In this document: positions 54,501-64,000 of the stretch, one piece after another | Layout of the letters: every line of letters starts with the position of its first letter | Position numbering within the stretch: position 1 is the first letter of the stretch | Virus record (IMG/VR): IMGVR_UViG_3300048930_000242 | Location: 1 to 64,000 of that record | Length of the DNA stretch: 64,000 bases | DNA from: a virus | Strand: one strand, 5' to 3' | The notes under the pieces: generated by a model | Seen by the model: only the letters and a program-made list of their open reading frames with translations | Told to the model about the DNA's origin: nothing | The model's database searches: none | Translations under genes and position numbers: made by a program

Positions 54501-57500
54501 GGAGGCGTATTCATTCTTGATGAATACTTCCTGGGCTACCGAAGGAAGAGTGATCGTGTTGTCCCAAGTGGTTGGCTGAGACACGATGTCCATGTCCAAC
54601 GCATAGGTCGAGTTCGGGCAGATGATGCCTCCACCGAAGATCATCTCCACAGCAGCTCGGTATCCTAGATCGGTAGTGTCGCCGAACTGGTGGTTTCTGA
54701 ATGGATCGGCAAAGATACCGTTCTTGAACTTGTTGAATCCAGTGTTGGCGTCGATAATCTCCATGTCGTTGGCTCGAAGCTCGAGGAGAGACATCGACAC
54801 ATATTCTTCGAGGTTCGAGAGTCTCTTGTCCAGCGCTCCGATGTCCTTCATCGTGTAACGCTTGTTACAAATCTTGGTGACCTTCAGGTCTTTCTCGTTG
54901 AATGTGTACGGATTCAAAGAGACTGTGTAAAGGGTGACAGCATTCGAAGGCTCGTTCGGAAGGATTGGATTCCTTGCTCCGATACCCTTGACGACATTGA
55001 ACACGCCGGTTGAGGTCAAGACCACTCGGTCCTTGCGGCCAAGGTATGTCTCGATGTCTGTGCGGAATCGGGTGTTCGGCTGAAGCATGGTGCGGCCAGC
55101 GATCTCGCTCCTCTTCGAGCGGAAATCGATGCAGTTCACCATCTTATAGGTCTTTCCATTCGAAGCCTTGAAATTCGGAACCAGATCAAGGTCATTGGCC
55201 GAGAATGGGTAGGAATTGACGCAGAAGAATCCATGAGCGCCGGCCGAGTGATTGAAGTACTCGTAGGTAATCTCAAACTGTGTAGCTACACCAGTATTAG
55301 CGTAGGTGTCAAGGCGGTTCCAAGCGGTGATAGAACCGTTATCATAGAAGAAATCACGCTGGCCATTATCGAACTTAAGCTTCGCAATGTCGGCTTCGGT
55401 TAGGTTATATGGCGAAGTGTAATCGCTTCGGACATTGGTCATCTGACGAATGCCAACGATTCGTACGCAGTCTTCCTTGGCCAAAGTCAAAACCGCTCCG
55501 GAGTTCGGAATGAAGGCCGCTGGAGTCTCAACAAAGTTGTCCAGCGTCTTGGTGCGAACCGATCCTTCGGATTCGAGGACCTTCAGATAGGCGATGACAG
55601 GCCGTCCTGCATGAGACGCGTCGGTGGTGAGGACGATCGTAGCTGGATCGGACGCATTGTTGATAGTGACGGTTGGGTTTGTAACATGAACCCAGTTTCC
55701 ACCGTTATTCTCAATCAAAAGAGCGATGCCATCTTCAGCAGCGGTGAAGAATTCCTGATAGATGTTATCGGCCGTGAATGAGACTGCTCCGGCGCCGTTG
55801 AACACACCTTCCTTCTTCACCATATGGAGGTAGGAAGTTTCACCGGAGATCACATTCTTGAGAATGGTCGCTCCGTCAACTCCATAGACCAATGGGTCTC
55901 TGAAAGAACCACCAACCTTCGCGGTGCCTGCGATGTCCGATCCTCTGGACTCTTCGAAAGTCTTGACCACAATGACCGGTTCTGACGCGCCGGGTGCCGA
56001 AGAGGTCAGACGAAGGCTCTTCACCGAGCCTGCGTTATTCGCCAAAGAAGAAGAGGCGTCGGTGATGTAGATTCGCCATTCGTTTCCGTACTTCACCAGA
56101 GAGTGAACACGGCAAGTGCCGATGACTCTGGCCGTTGGGTCGGCTCTGGAAATAGAAGCACCGGTTGATCGGTCGACCGCGACATTATAGGCGGTCAATT
56201 CAATTCCAGCTTCAAGATTCATGTTCCTGAAAATCATTGGAGATCCAACAGGAACACCACCAGCGGCGGCCGAAGCGTTATCGACAATGAAGTAGGCGTG
56301 TTCGGAACCCTGGGCGTAGGTGTTATTCACCCCAATGTATTCTCTGGCCTTCTCTACGGTGACCGGAGTCGTGGTGAGCTTCTCGATCTCGTACCCAAGC
56401 ACGTAAGCCTTACCAGGGCCGAGATTATAGACCAAGTTGGCTCCGTCAAGAGCGCTTTCCGAAACTCCAAGAGAGAATTCTCTTACCGTGTAGTTGCCAG
56501 ATTCATCGTAGGTTCGACGAGCCAAAAGGTCGAGCAGTTTGGCATACTGGGTGTCTCTCTGGTCAAGAGTGATCTTACCATCTCTGGTTTCTACCAAAGA
56601 AGAGAACTTGGACAGCCACTGGTTGAATTCAGTCGTTGGGAATAGATTATCGCCCGGACTGTCCGGATCAGGAACATAGTTCAGATCGTAGAAATCAAGG
56701 ACCGGCATCACCTGATAGCGGTGAGCGCCAGGCGCTGCCTGATTATAGAATCCCTGAGCATTATCAAGGAGAGTCGCACCGAAATAAGGATCAGCTTCGG
56801 TGATCAGACGCTCGTCGAAACGGAACCCAATAGCGAATGCATTGGTGGCATGATCCTTACCTGGTCCAACGATGATTTCTTGAGACATCACCGAGACAAA
56901 ATTGCCGTCACGGTATACCACACCAGGCTCGCAAGAAGCCGACAAACCAAAGAAGAGATCGCCCTTGGCCTTAAGCACGGTTCCGCCGGAGCCTACAGCA
57001 TCGAAGTAAAGATTGTCGGTCTGGACTGGAGAGCCACCGAAAGTGAAGTAGAGAATCAAGTCCTCTTCATTAGGACCGGAAATCACAGCATGGGTGATAG
57101 TGAATGTCTTGGTGGCGACTCCGGATGCGCTGGTGTTCTGGCCAAGAGGGTCGACGTTATTGAACTTACGACCAATGAAGTCGCTAAGCGAATACATCGC
57201 ACCAGGATTCGATCCAACCAGTGGCGGCCCCAAGAAAGTTCCAGTCACACGGTCAACAAGGCGGTTATGGAAGACAGCGCCAGGCTTGCTTGTGTTCAGA
57301 TTGATCTTGGCTCCAAGCACAGGAGTTCCATTGCGGAACAAGTGATTGGACACCTGAGCGATCTGATTCTGGAGAATTGTCTGAGCCTGGGTCAATTCAC
57401 GTGCTTGAATTGGTCGTCCAGGAACCGAGAGGATTCTCAGAAAGTTCAACTCTGGGTTGAAATCATCGTTATATGGAGCACCTCTGGTTAGATCTTTATA

Positions 57501-57506
57501 GCTCAT
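51540..57506 (-). CDS. VrlC/DUF4815-like large baseplate structural protein
   Basis: PYNDDF, PGRPIQARELTQAQTILQNQI, APGAHRY, LARRTYDESGNY, NGQRD.FYD, RYTMKDIG.L..R..NLE, DPIAQSF. Confidence 0.92.
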   Translation of the reverse strand: MSYKDLTRGAPYNDDFNPELNFLRILSVPGRPIQARELTQAQTILQNQIAQVSNHLFRNGTPVLGAKINLNTSKPGAVFHNRLVDRVTGTFLGPPLVGSNPGAMYSLSDFIGRKFNNVDPLGQNTSASGVATKTFTITHAVISGPNEEDLILYFTFGGSPVQTDNLYFDAVGSGGTVLKAKGDLFFGLSASCEPGVVYRDGNFVSVMSQEIIVGPGKDHATNAFAIGFRFDERLITEADPYFGATLLDNAQGFYNQAAPGAHRYQVMPVLDFYDLNYVPDPDSPGDNLFPTTEFNQWLSKFSSLVETRDGKITLDQRDTQYAKLLDLLARRTYDESGNYTVREFSLGVSESALDGANLVYNLGPGKAYVLGYEIEKLTTTPVTVEKAREYIGVNNTYAQGSEHAYFIVDNASAAAGGVPVGSPMIFRNMNLEAGIELTAYNVAVDRSTGASISRADPTARVIGTCRVHSLVKYGNEWRIYITDASSSLANNAGSVKSLRLTSSAPGASEPVIVVKTFEESRGSDIAGTAKVGGSFRDPLVYGVDGATILKNVISGETSYLHMVKKEGVFNGAGAVSFTADNIYQEFFTAAEDGIALLIENNGGNWVHVTNPTVTINNASDPATIVLTTDASHAGRPVIAYLKVLESEGSVRTKTLDNFVETPAAFIPNSGAVLTLAKEDCVRIVGIRQMTNVRSDYTSPYNLTEADIAKLKFDNGQRDFFYDNGSITAWNRLDTYANTGVATQFEITYEYFNHSAGAHGFFCVNSYPFSANDLDLVPNFKASNGKTYKMVNCIDFRSKRSEIAGRTMLQPNTRFRTDIETYLGRKDRVVLTSTGVFNVVKGIGARNPILPNEPSNAVTLYTVSLNPYTFNEKDLKVTKICNKRYTMKDIGALDKRLSNLEEYVSMSLLELRANDMEIIDANTGFNKFKNGIFADPFRNHQFGDTTDLGYRAAVEMIFGGGIICPNSTYALDMDIVSQPTTWDNTITLPSVAQEVFIKNEYASGGVNLNPYLFYTWNGTVELDPSVDTWIDTNRAPDIINQEEGTTTTTTVLIQPPPGTFEPAPTFSMPTSIAPVVGFGNGVAWINEVERRWGAAWDAANARFEEELAAWSVRQAQIASQLGLSSTTTTTTTSVGDDRVIATSIAPFMRSIPVAVHARGMRQGAPVKGYLDNHEVILYPSSSEFVTPTGDPAGAGRPRVSDDGEFIGTFTVPPGVIPTGTKQFLIIDDEDASSASTTFTANGSIQTRQRTITSVRNTSIIRGLPTIPEIRATVPSRPRQWRDPIAQSFLIEEPNGCFLESIEVFFKKIPVLSDGVDYQAVSIYIVEMENGTPTNRIVPFSMAYKSPAQCNVSATIPSDGATRFTFRDPVYLEGNTEYAFVLFTNSRKYEAWISTLGEQDIFDYYARTGEIITPLPPEENRSLGIENEATLAAFNQERFRSTGGETDIRPTEIPSDQPTIQNETNGGFLPRIDPTIAFRGTNSGGRGIAEQPYLGSLFKSQNSTTWTPDQMSDITFRIYRHRFATAPSTVVLRDKKTLPSNQVTDVGGASSEGYGSINQTGTSIYPFPDQVYGDQLNNPGALKVSMSVLNVGEMVLPGTSAQYSQAFHNGESGSGFQTITNKEFVYLTEEKCLDNNVNTALRRNYSAQIALGTTDPLLTPVIDKQQMRLITGRYLTSPYDLSDPALPLIDAPAFDFGPAWDAGTYVTKAINLVNPSDDLKVLVDAKLPNDSLLKIYYRTSVITPSYFDIGASTVTSTALIGKTCRLIYREIASEIVGNPNGTNPNLVPSFTSSSNPRARCLVTDVQTPRVYIKSINDISKFKMEGDPSLSNIDRSFLVDEATAVDMEAQSVQKVDDWNAIDNYADASGLGGTFVFPQYVFHASRLWKRNASFTEYAPGMEPAIGGSAWIDIPYAEIGTPVTAGEEVEWREMVLDEDVNPNISVGTRFVEYKYKPSDVPEEFTSFAIKIEMYSKNTIDVPIVKNLRAIAVI

Positions 57507-57518
57507 TTTGATTCCTGT

Positions 57519-58637
57519 TTAGAATACAAAGATTGTCTTGAACTCTTCAGTCTGATTCTCTTCTCGAGTAATCGGGCTTCTGTTTTCAAGATAGATGATG
57601 TCACCAATGAATGGTTCGAGCTGGTTTGCTACCAGATTGATCGAATTGGCCTGATAATAGATCGGTGCGGCGGCTCTTGTGAATGTACCAGCAAGGCAAG
57701 GATTTTTGACCAGAGCTACCTGTCTGTATCTAAGGCCTGCTGGAAGCAGCCCAGACACAGCATCGCCGGCGGTCAACTCAGAGCGGATAATGACATGGCG
57801 TGCTCCGAGTAGCGAATACGCGTCATCACGGCCACGATCTCTTTCCAGGAGAGCGGTCTGAGAGCCAGTCGGCCAGAGTGAATCGTTGGTGCATGGAACT
57901 GGAATCCAATCATCAAGAAGGAGAGTGTTAATCAAAGTTGCTGTGAGCTTGAACATGTACTTCCATACATATCCATCTCCGGTGGTTGGAGAGCCGAAAA
58001 TCGAGGTCTTTCCGTCACGGAAATAAGACGTGTCGGCTGTCAAACCGCCGGCGGCCAAAGAAGGCTGAATTGTGGACGTTGTCGCCACGATTTCCGGAGG
58101 TCCAAGACCTGGATCGGCTCCCTTCGCCACACAGAGCCAAACTTCTTCGTCAGAGTTCAAGATATAGAAGTCGTTGTCCGGTGGATTGACATCGTACCAA
58201 GTGTTTCCAACCACTCCATCGGCTGGACGAACATTATAGACGGTGCCGGTGACCCAATTGATTCTCGGAATCATCAGGTGAATATCAGACGGGGTCACCT
58301 TCTTTGCCGCAATAGCGGTCGCCCAGAAGCGATTGGCCATCTGAATAGACTTGGTGGCGGTTGGTGGCTCGTCATCGCTATTGCCATCGTCGGTCAAATA
58401 CAGACCACTTCCCCAGATTCCATCTCCAGCGGCGTATGCTCCGGAGAGAGTCCATTTTCCGTTGGTGAGTTCATTCAACTTCAAACCAGTTGGGTCGTCT
58501 TCACGGCCAATCATGGTGTAAAGGTGATTGTCCTTGCTCGTGTCTCCGAGGCCGGAATTGTTGGCCCGGAACTGATTCACGAAGGCGTAGGCTCTCTCGG
58601 AGCGAAGCTCGTGGCGGGCGATAGCATTAGATGGCAT
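57519..58637 (-). CDS. gp8: Baseplate wedge subunit
   Basis: IPRINW..G..Y, FYILN, DGYVWKYMF, RQVALVKNP, GDIIYLENRSPITR..NQTE..K. Confidence 0.92.
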   Translation of the reverse strand: MPSNAIARHELRSERAYAFVNQFRANNSGLGDTSKDNHLYTMIGREDDPTGLKLNELTNGKWTLSGAYAAGDGIWGSGLYLTDDGNSDDEPPTATKSIQMANRFWATAIAAKKVTPSDIHLMIPRINWVTGTVYNVRPADGVVGNTWYDVNPPDNDFYILNSDEEVWLCVAKGADPGLGPPEIVATTSTIQPSLAAGGLTADTSYFRDGKTSIFGSPTTGDGYVWKYMFKLTATLINTLLLDDWIPVPCTNDSLWPTGSQTALLERDRGRDDAYSLLGARHVIIRSELTAGDAVSGLLPAGLRYRQVALVKNPCLAGTFTRAAAPIYYQANSINLVANQLEPFIGDIIYLENRSPITREENQTEEFKTIFVF

Positions 58638-58669
58638 TGTTTAGACTCTCCGAATGTATGAAATATCTA

Positions 58670-61657
58670 TTAGATGAAATAGACCGGCTTATCAAGTCCA
58701 GACCCGTTATTGAACAGCGCGTCTAGCTCATGATCACGAAGGCTTAGGTTCCAAAGCGCGAAATGAGCCATGGAGCCATGGAATTTCAAATCTGGATCAA
58801 GGCCATCTTCTCCGATGTTACAATTGCCGGACGTGATATTCAGCACGGTCGCCATAGGAGTTGAAACCGAGACTTTGCCGAGGGCGGTGGATCTCACATC
58901 GAGCTTAAGATCAGTTTGATCGTAGCGAACGGTTACCATAAACCACTGGTCTTCGTAAACAGAACCGAGAGCTGTCTCTAGATTTGTTGTGGTCGTTCCA
59001 TTTCCGCATCGAGCCCGTAGTTTGAAATCCAGTCCGACTTTTTCTACCATAAGGTGAAGCGTTGAATCTTCAAGAGTTGGATTCGAACTCAAACTTTCTC
59101 CAAACCAACAGATCACGTGATCGCCGGCAAGCTGCTTGAATTTCATCCAAACATTCACAGTAAACGGATCGCCGGCAACTGGAATGAAAGTCGCTGGGTC
59201 AAAATACGTCGACATGTACATTTCTTCGTCGTACGCGCCAAAATTAGGAGTCTTCAGATTATCAAACGGTGCGGTGTCTTGATAATCTACTTCTAGGAAG
59301 TAACCTTCTAGATCGGCAGTTCCCCATACCGGAGACCATATTCCGTTGTACATGTCATAAGTGTCTCTTTCAAGAGTCCACCAAACCAAGCATTCCGAAA
59401 TGGATGTGGCGAGCTTAGACGGAATTACTTCAAGCGGAGCGTCCACCGGCCGAAGCAACTTATAAGTCTCGTCTGGGCCGACCATTGGCTTCAAGATCAT
59501 TCCAGTCGATCTGTCGGCTCGAAGAACAAACAGGTCCAAGACATCTCCAGCCGCCGGGCTGAAGTTAAGGAGCAGAGTTCTAGTTCCAAGCGAATTCTGT
59601 ATGTTATAGTCTTGGCCAGGAATCAAATTCCAGCCCTTATGGAATGCCAATAGAGATTCGTCTTTTTCTGGCAACGAAGTCCATGACACGCTGGTTTGAC
59701 CGGCAGTCAATGTGATCGCTGTTCTATTCTCTTCAACGTCTCCCATATCTCTTTCTGAGAGGTAGACAATTTCGAAGAGTGGCTTTGACACGATCCAAGG
59801 CCTTGGGAAGATTCCAAGAGAATTATAGTCGAGTTTGATCACTCGTTGACCTTCCACCACCTCGGTAGAAATTGTGGCCAACGGCTGCTTGATCAGTTTG
59901 CCGTCATGGAAAACCAAGGCGACTTTTCCGGAAGTTCCACCATTGGTCCAATCAGCATCTACTGGCTGCGATCCGTATCCAGTATGATTTCCAACAATTG
60001 TAGTCTCGAAATCGGCATCGATCGTCAAGACCTCGGATCGGACTTCTCTTCTGGCTAGATTACGGCAATACGCTTGATCAGATTCAGCGATAGTGAAATT
60101 CTCCATAGTTTCAATAGAGAATCCACCAAAACCAATGGAAGCGACTTGATCAGCGTAACCAAAGACTCTGGCTCCATTATCGACATGCCCGTAAACTTGT
60201 TCATTTCCGCACGGCATTTTGTATCCACCAAACGAGACAAAGAGATTGAACTGCGGTTCATCTCTCTCGATTGTGGTCATCGTAATCGAATCCATCAAAA
60301 ATGCATCAGAATAGACTCGTGCGAATGCTGGACTATCTAGATCCAAGAAGAGCTCTCCAACGTCCACATAGGACTGGACAAATGAAGAGAATCCGTATTT
60401 TCTTGGAAGCTGAATCATCACGATCTCTTCAGCATCATCATCCATCGTTCTATCAATATGGATGGTGAGAGTTCGAATCAAATCGATCTCTTCGTCTCCA
60501 TCAGGATCAATCACACCTGGATCTTCTTCGGTGACTCGAGCGAAGATCTTGAAGCCGGCCGGGTGAACGTTCATCACCAGCGGATTCACAATGTCGGAGA
60601 TCTCATTAGGTGAGATCACGTCATAAGAAAACTCTTGCCAGTAGTAAGAGTCTTGAAGTCGCTTGGTCGAAGACGGCATTCCATCATCGGTCAAGAACGA
60701 CCCTTCTTGGAACTCAATGCCTCCGAGCGGAATCCAGAGATCCACAGTGGTGCCGTCGGTCTTGGTGATTGTAACAGTCTCGCCGGGAGTGAACTCTCCG
60801 GAATGCGCCAAGATTTCGATGACCGGACCTGACCGAACGGTTCCTAGCCATGCCGTCTGCTTGGAAGTCTGACCGTACATGGATGCGTCGAACAGCCCCT
60901 CAAGGCCCTCGGTGTCCAAGAGAGCCCCTCCGAGCGCCTGCAGCTGGGTTACATAAGGAACATACCAAGTGTTATAGGAGGCCCGTACAAGGTCAACCTT
61001 AGGGAGGTAGATTCTGGAGAACGTGTTGAAGACCGAACGGAAGAAGAACTGGATCGAGTTCTCGGTTCCCTTCGAAAGGTAGAAGTCCTTGATGTTCTTC
61101 AGGAAGGTCCGGAGGTCATAGGCCGTTGTGGCTGGAAGGTCTCGACCGAGCTTGATCTTCAGAAGTTCGACGAATTCTTGCTCGGTCTGATCGATGTCCG
61201 CCGTCTCAAGAAGATTCTTGAGGATGTGGTATGGGCCAGGCTGCGGCACTCCTTCTGGAGTGTACCGCTTCTCGATGAAGTCCAAGAAGGTCTCGGCGAA
61301 TTCCACGAAGGTCGGATACGCATCGAAGACGAACTGCGGGATCATCTGGTAAGAGAGCGCGCGAAGAGTCTTCTTCTCGGCCACAAACGAGCGACCTACC
61401 AGATTCACTCTGATAAGGTCAGAAAGATTTACAATCGCACCGGTTGGATTGTAGGAAGGTCCCTGCTCCAGAAGTAGTTCGAAACTTGGCTGGAACTGGA
61501 TTGAGACCGGAACAGTTAGCTGGTTTGAACCGGGTCCAAAGGCGAAAATTGGACCGGTGATTCCAAGATCAACAGACACACTAAGTTCACCATCGACTGA
61601 TTCGATAGGAAAACCGAGAGTGCCTAACCCAAGCGAGCCAGTTCCAAGAGTGCTCAT
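58670..61657 (-). CDS. gp7: Baseplate wedge initiator with a C-terminal LamG-like domain
   Basis: IKDFYLSKGTENS..FFFR, LQDSYYWQEFSY, VHPAGFKIF. Confidence 0.85.
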   Translation of the reverse strand: MSTLGTGSLGLGTLGFPIESVDGELSVSVDLGITGPIFAFGPGSNQLTVPVSIQFQPSFELLLEQGPSYNPTGAIVNLSDLIRVNLVGRSFVAEKKTLRALSYQMIPQFVFDAYPTFVEFAETFLDFIEKRYTPEGVPQPGPYHILKNLLETADIDQTEQEFVELLKIKLGRDLPATTAYDLRTFLKNIKDFYLSKGTENSIQFFFRSVFNTFSRIYLPKVDLVRASYNTWYVPYVTQLQALGGALLDTEGLEGLFDASMYGQTSKQTAWLGTVRSGPVIEILAHSGEFTPGETVTITKTDGTTVDLWIPLGGIEFQEGSFLTDDGMPSSTKRLQDSYYWQEFSYDVISPNEISDIVNPLVMNVHPAGFKIFARVTEEDPGVIDPDGDEEIDLIRTLTIHIDRTMDDDAEEIVMIQLPRKYGFSSFVQSYVDVGELFLDLDSPAFARVYSDAFLMDSITMTTIERDEPQFNLFVSFGGYKMPCGNEQVYGHVDNGARVFGYADQVASIGFGGFSIETMENFTIAESDQAYCRNLARREVRSEVLTIDADFETTIVGNHTGYGSQPVDADWTNGGTSGKVALVFHDGKLIKQPLATISTEVVEGQRVIKLDYNSLGIFPRPWIVSKPLFEIVYLSERDMGDVEENRTAITLTAGQTSVSWTSLPEKDESLLAFHKGWNLIPGQDYNIQNSLGTRTLLLNFSPAAGDVLDLFVLRADRSTGMILKPMVGPDETYKLLRPVDAPLEVIPSKLATSISECLVWWTLERDTYDMYNGIWSPVWGTADLEGYFLEVDYQDTAPFDNLKTPNFGAYDEEMYMSTYFDPATFIPVAGDPFTVNVWMKFKQLAGDHVICWFGESLSSNPTLEDSTLHLMVEKVGLDFKLRARCGNGTTTTNLETALGSVYEDQWFMVTVRYDQTDLKLDVRSTALGKVSVSTPMATVLNITSGNCNIGEDGLDPDLKFHGSMAHFALWNLSLRDHELDALFNNGSGLDKPVYFI

Positions 61658-61681
61658 TTACGAGTTGTCCGATTTGTTAAT

Positions 61682-61765
61682 TCAAAGATGATTGTCAAGC
61701 ATCACCGTCGCGTTAGTGTTCGCGGTTGGAAGCGTGTCCAGTGTAATAGGATAAGTGCTTGGCAT
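61682..61765 (-). pseudogene. Truncated duplicate of the 63341-63874 N-terminus
   Basis: MPSTYPITLDTLPTANTNATVMLDNHL* versus MPSTYPTSLDSLSTTSANATPSENTHP; RBS region also duplicated. Confidence 0.7.
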
Positions 61766-61802
61766 TGTGATTCCTTGAAAATGTTATGCGGCTTGATTAA
61801 GA

Positions 61803-63350
61803 CTACTGTGGCAACAGAAGAGAACGAATAGTTGCTCTGCTTGCCTGGTGCGAAGAATAGATCACAGACCCTGCTATCAGACCATCAAAATGAGCGTCAC
61901 CGTGGTGGCCTGAACCAATTCTTGGGTCGGACACGAGGGTAAGGGTGTTAAGCCCTAAGTAGTTTTCGAGTCCGTTGATCCACACATACCAATCGTTAGT
62001 GGCCGCCCTCGCATTGTACATGTGAGGATTCGTCAAAGAGTTAGCAGGATTGCCGACTGTCACTCGGACTGCGCTACCAAATCGATCATATATCAAACCA
62101 TCCGTGAATGGATAATGAGAAGACGAAGACCCGACTGCGTCTGAATAGCAAAACGGGTGGCCGGACCGAGCCGAAGAGCTTGGAGGATCCAAAGTGGTTT
62201 TTACCCCACCGAATAATTCAATCGCAGTCAAACCGCTGACGCTAACATCATTAAAGTAGGCCGGGGTTCCTCCGATATAGAATCTAGGAGCGAACGTGTT
62301 TCCGACGACTCCAGACATCACACCGGCGTCGCAGATCACTGGTTGGCTGGCCGCTGTGGTTTGCGTTAGGTGTCTTCCATTTCCAGACTGATCGTAAATC
62401 GTAGTCACATAACCAGTGGACATTCCGCAATGAGCGAGAATCGCAGTTTCGTTCACCCGTCCATTTGGCTTATAGCCAATATCTACCTCTGCGTTATCCG
62501 AGGAACGACGAACTCGAATCAAGTTCCCGGTGTATGAAGTCAGAAGCCTTCGAGTCCAACGTGCAGCCCATAGGCCGGAAGTGTAAGAATCAAGCGCCGG
62601 AACAAATGAAGTGGAAAGAGCGGCATCATGAAGAGCTAGCATGCCATCTGCTCTGATGTCAGAATTGAACACGGCGACTTCATCGATGCGGCCATCTACT
62701 TTATATTGACCGGAGGCCCACATACCAATGAAGATTTTCTCGGTGGTTCCTGATAGATTAAGCGACCCGGCTACCGTGCCAGTGACTCCAGATTGCATTC
62801 CATTGACAAAAACGGTCACGACCCCAGTAGAAGACCGGGTGAATCCAATAGAGTATGTGACTCCTGTGGTTATCGCTCCTGACGCGCCATAAACTGGAGT
62901 GCCACCAAAGTATGCGTAGACTTGACCGGCCGAGGAAACCCAAATCGAGAGACCTTCTCTTCCAGCGGAGCCATCTCCTAATAGAAAGATGCATCGGCCA
63001 TCGCCGGTCAGAGAATCAAGATTTATGAGGGCGAACATACTACAAGGTTGATTGTTTCCGCCAAACGCGGAATCCATTGCGGCGGCGTATGACGCGGTTG
63101 TTTGCCCAATGTAATGGCTAGTCCCATTGAAGTCCCAGCATTTGCCAACGCTGTCGAGTCCGGCGATGTTTTGTGTCGCTCCTCCGAAATCGATATGACG
63201 GGCGTTTCCTGAAGAGTCCAGCGCACCGGAGCCGCCAGACGTTTCTTCTAGTCTATAATAGGCCCACGGAGAACGTGCGGTGATTTCATTATAGACCGTT
63301 GGATTGGATTCAACCAACGCCATAATGAATGGATTTACGATCATCCCCAT
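61803..63350 (-). CDS. Two-lectin-domain virion protein (LamG plus arabinofuranosidase-B-like LamG), candidate receptor-binding protein
   Basis: PWAYYRLEETSG..A.DSSGN, GRIDEVAVF; RRL...YTG.LIRVRRSSDNAE.DIG, GYVTTIYDQSGNG. Confidence 0.75.
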   Translation of the reverse strand: MGMIVNPFIMALVESNPTVYNEITARSPWAYYRLEETSGGSGALDSSGNARHIDFGGATQNIAGLDSVGKCWDFNGTSHYIGQTTASYAAAMDSAFGGNNQPCSMFALINLDSLTGDGRCIFLLGDGSAGREGLSIWVSSAGQVYAYFGGTPVYGASGAITTGVTYSIGFTRSSTGVVTVFVNGMQSGVTGTVAGSLNLSGTTEKIFIGMWASGQYKVDGRIDEVAVFNSDIRADGMLALHDAALSTSFVPALDSYTSGLWAARWTRRLLTSYTGNLIRVRRSSDNAEVDIGYKPNGRVNETAILAHCGMSTGYVTTIYDQSGNGRHLTQTTAASQPVICDAGVMSGVVGNTFAPRFYIGGTPAYFNDVSVSGLTAIELFGGVKTTLDPPSSSARSGHPFCYSDAVGSSSSHYPFTDGLIYDRFGSAVRVTVGNPANSLTNPHMYNARAATNDWYVWINGLENYLGLNTLTLVSDPRIGSGHHGDAHFDGLIAGSVIYSSHQASRATIRSLLLPQ

Positions 63351-63874
63351 AGGAGAGAAACCTTCAAGCCCTTGGCTGTGCCGTCTCCGAGGCCGTCGAT
63401 GTCAATTGTAACTTCGTCATCGTCGGCGAAAGCCGGAACAGAGATCACGGCCGGAGTGGTTGCCGTCAATGAGGTCTTATGGGTGTTGTCGATAGTCAAC
63501 TTGGTGCTCAAGACCGTCGTGCCGTTCTTGTTGACGTCGACGGTCAGAATAGAACCGGAAGTCTGGGCGGTCGACAATGAGCCTCGGACACCGACAAGAT
63601 TCTTGGCTCCAATGATTCGGAACGTGACCTTTGCGGTGCCGGCGGTAAGAGCGGTGGATTCATCGGAGCAAGCGACTGTGGTGACGTCTACATCCTCCAG
63701 TCGCTCCTTGACGGTCGTTCTGGAGCCGGATGGAATGGTGCCAAGTTCGGCCTCAATCTTGTTGATCGCATCGTTGGCGTCATTATGAAGAGCCGGATGG
63801 GTGTTCTCGGACGGAGTCGCATTCGCACTGGTGGTCGAAAGTGAGTCCAGAGAAGTTGGATATGTGCTTGGCAT
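63341..63874 (-). CDS. Short fibre/adaptor structural protein
   Basis: MPSTYPTSLD..HNDANDAI..IEAELG; C-terminal TVDVNKNGT..LSTKLTID. Confidence 0.65.
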   Translation of the reverse strand: MPSTYPTSLDSLSTTSANATPSENTHPALHNDANDAINKIEAELGTIPSGSRTTVKERLEDVDVTTVACSDESTALTAGTAKVTFRIIGAKNLVGVRGSLSTAQTSGSILTVDVNKNGTTVLSTKLTIDNTHKTSLTATTPAVISVPAFADDDEVTIDIDGLGDGTAKGLKVSLLWG

Positions 63875-63915
63875 TGCGATTCCTTGATTAAGCTCTATTA
63901 TCTATGAAACTGAAA

Positions 63916-64000
63916 TCAGCCAGGATGGACCCTTGGGATGATTATGTCTCTCTCAGTTGAGATGCCCATGATCTGTACATCATACCCTTGTGTGCGAGCT
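63916..64000 (-). CDS. 3' end of an upstream gene (possibly gp6)
   Basis: Open frame ARTQGYDVQ...VHPG* entering from the window edge; identity from synteny only. Confidence 0.3.
   Translation of the reverse strand, partial: ARTQGYDVQIMGISTERDIIIPRVHPG

Noticed and set aside
1-64000. CRISPR arrays, tRNAs, inteins, DGR, stop-codon recoding
   Set aside because: None seen by eye: core proteins have normal lengths, TAA, TAG and TGA all end genes, and no RT or regular repeat array is evident. tRNAscan-SE or Infernal would be needed to exclude small RNAs.

Overview
A 64-kb segment of a T4-superfamily myovirus, almost entirely coded on the minus strand. Gene order follows the cyanophage/phiM12-like core: gp7, gp8, VrlC-like, gp13 to gp23, gp3, uvsY, uvsW, gp55, gp47, 46, 45, 44, 62, regA, gp43, uvsX, gp41. 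A two-component spanin points to a Gram-negative host. The standout is a candidate cytosine-hypermodification system. In the gp43-uvsX slot, where T4 keeps gp42 and beta-glucosyltransferase, this phage has an SGNH-like protein, a divergent C5-cytosine MTase, myo-inositol-1-phosphate synthase, an FkbM methyltransferase and an aGPT-PPlase/amino-acid:DNA-transferase-like protein. A separate island encodes a dCMP-specific (Asp-type) TS-fold enzyme and an NMP kinase. Both operons have sigma70-type promoters embedded in perfect palindromes. Also seen: a non-T4 late promoter (HATAGATA), about ten small proteins with capsid-targeting-like N-termini plus a pol-beta nucleotidyltransferase and an InPase domain, a tail-tube gene with an apparent ACG start, nested repeats in the sheath, and a promoter-driven non-coding element next to gp55. 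All family calls come from motif recognition by eye; no searches were run.
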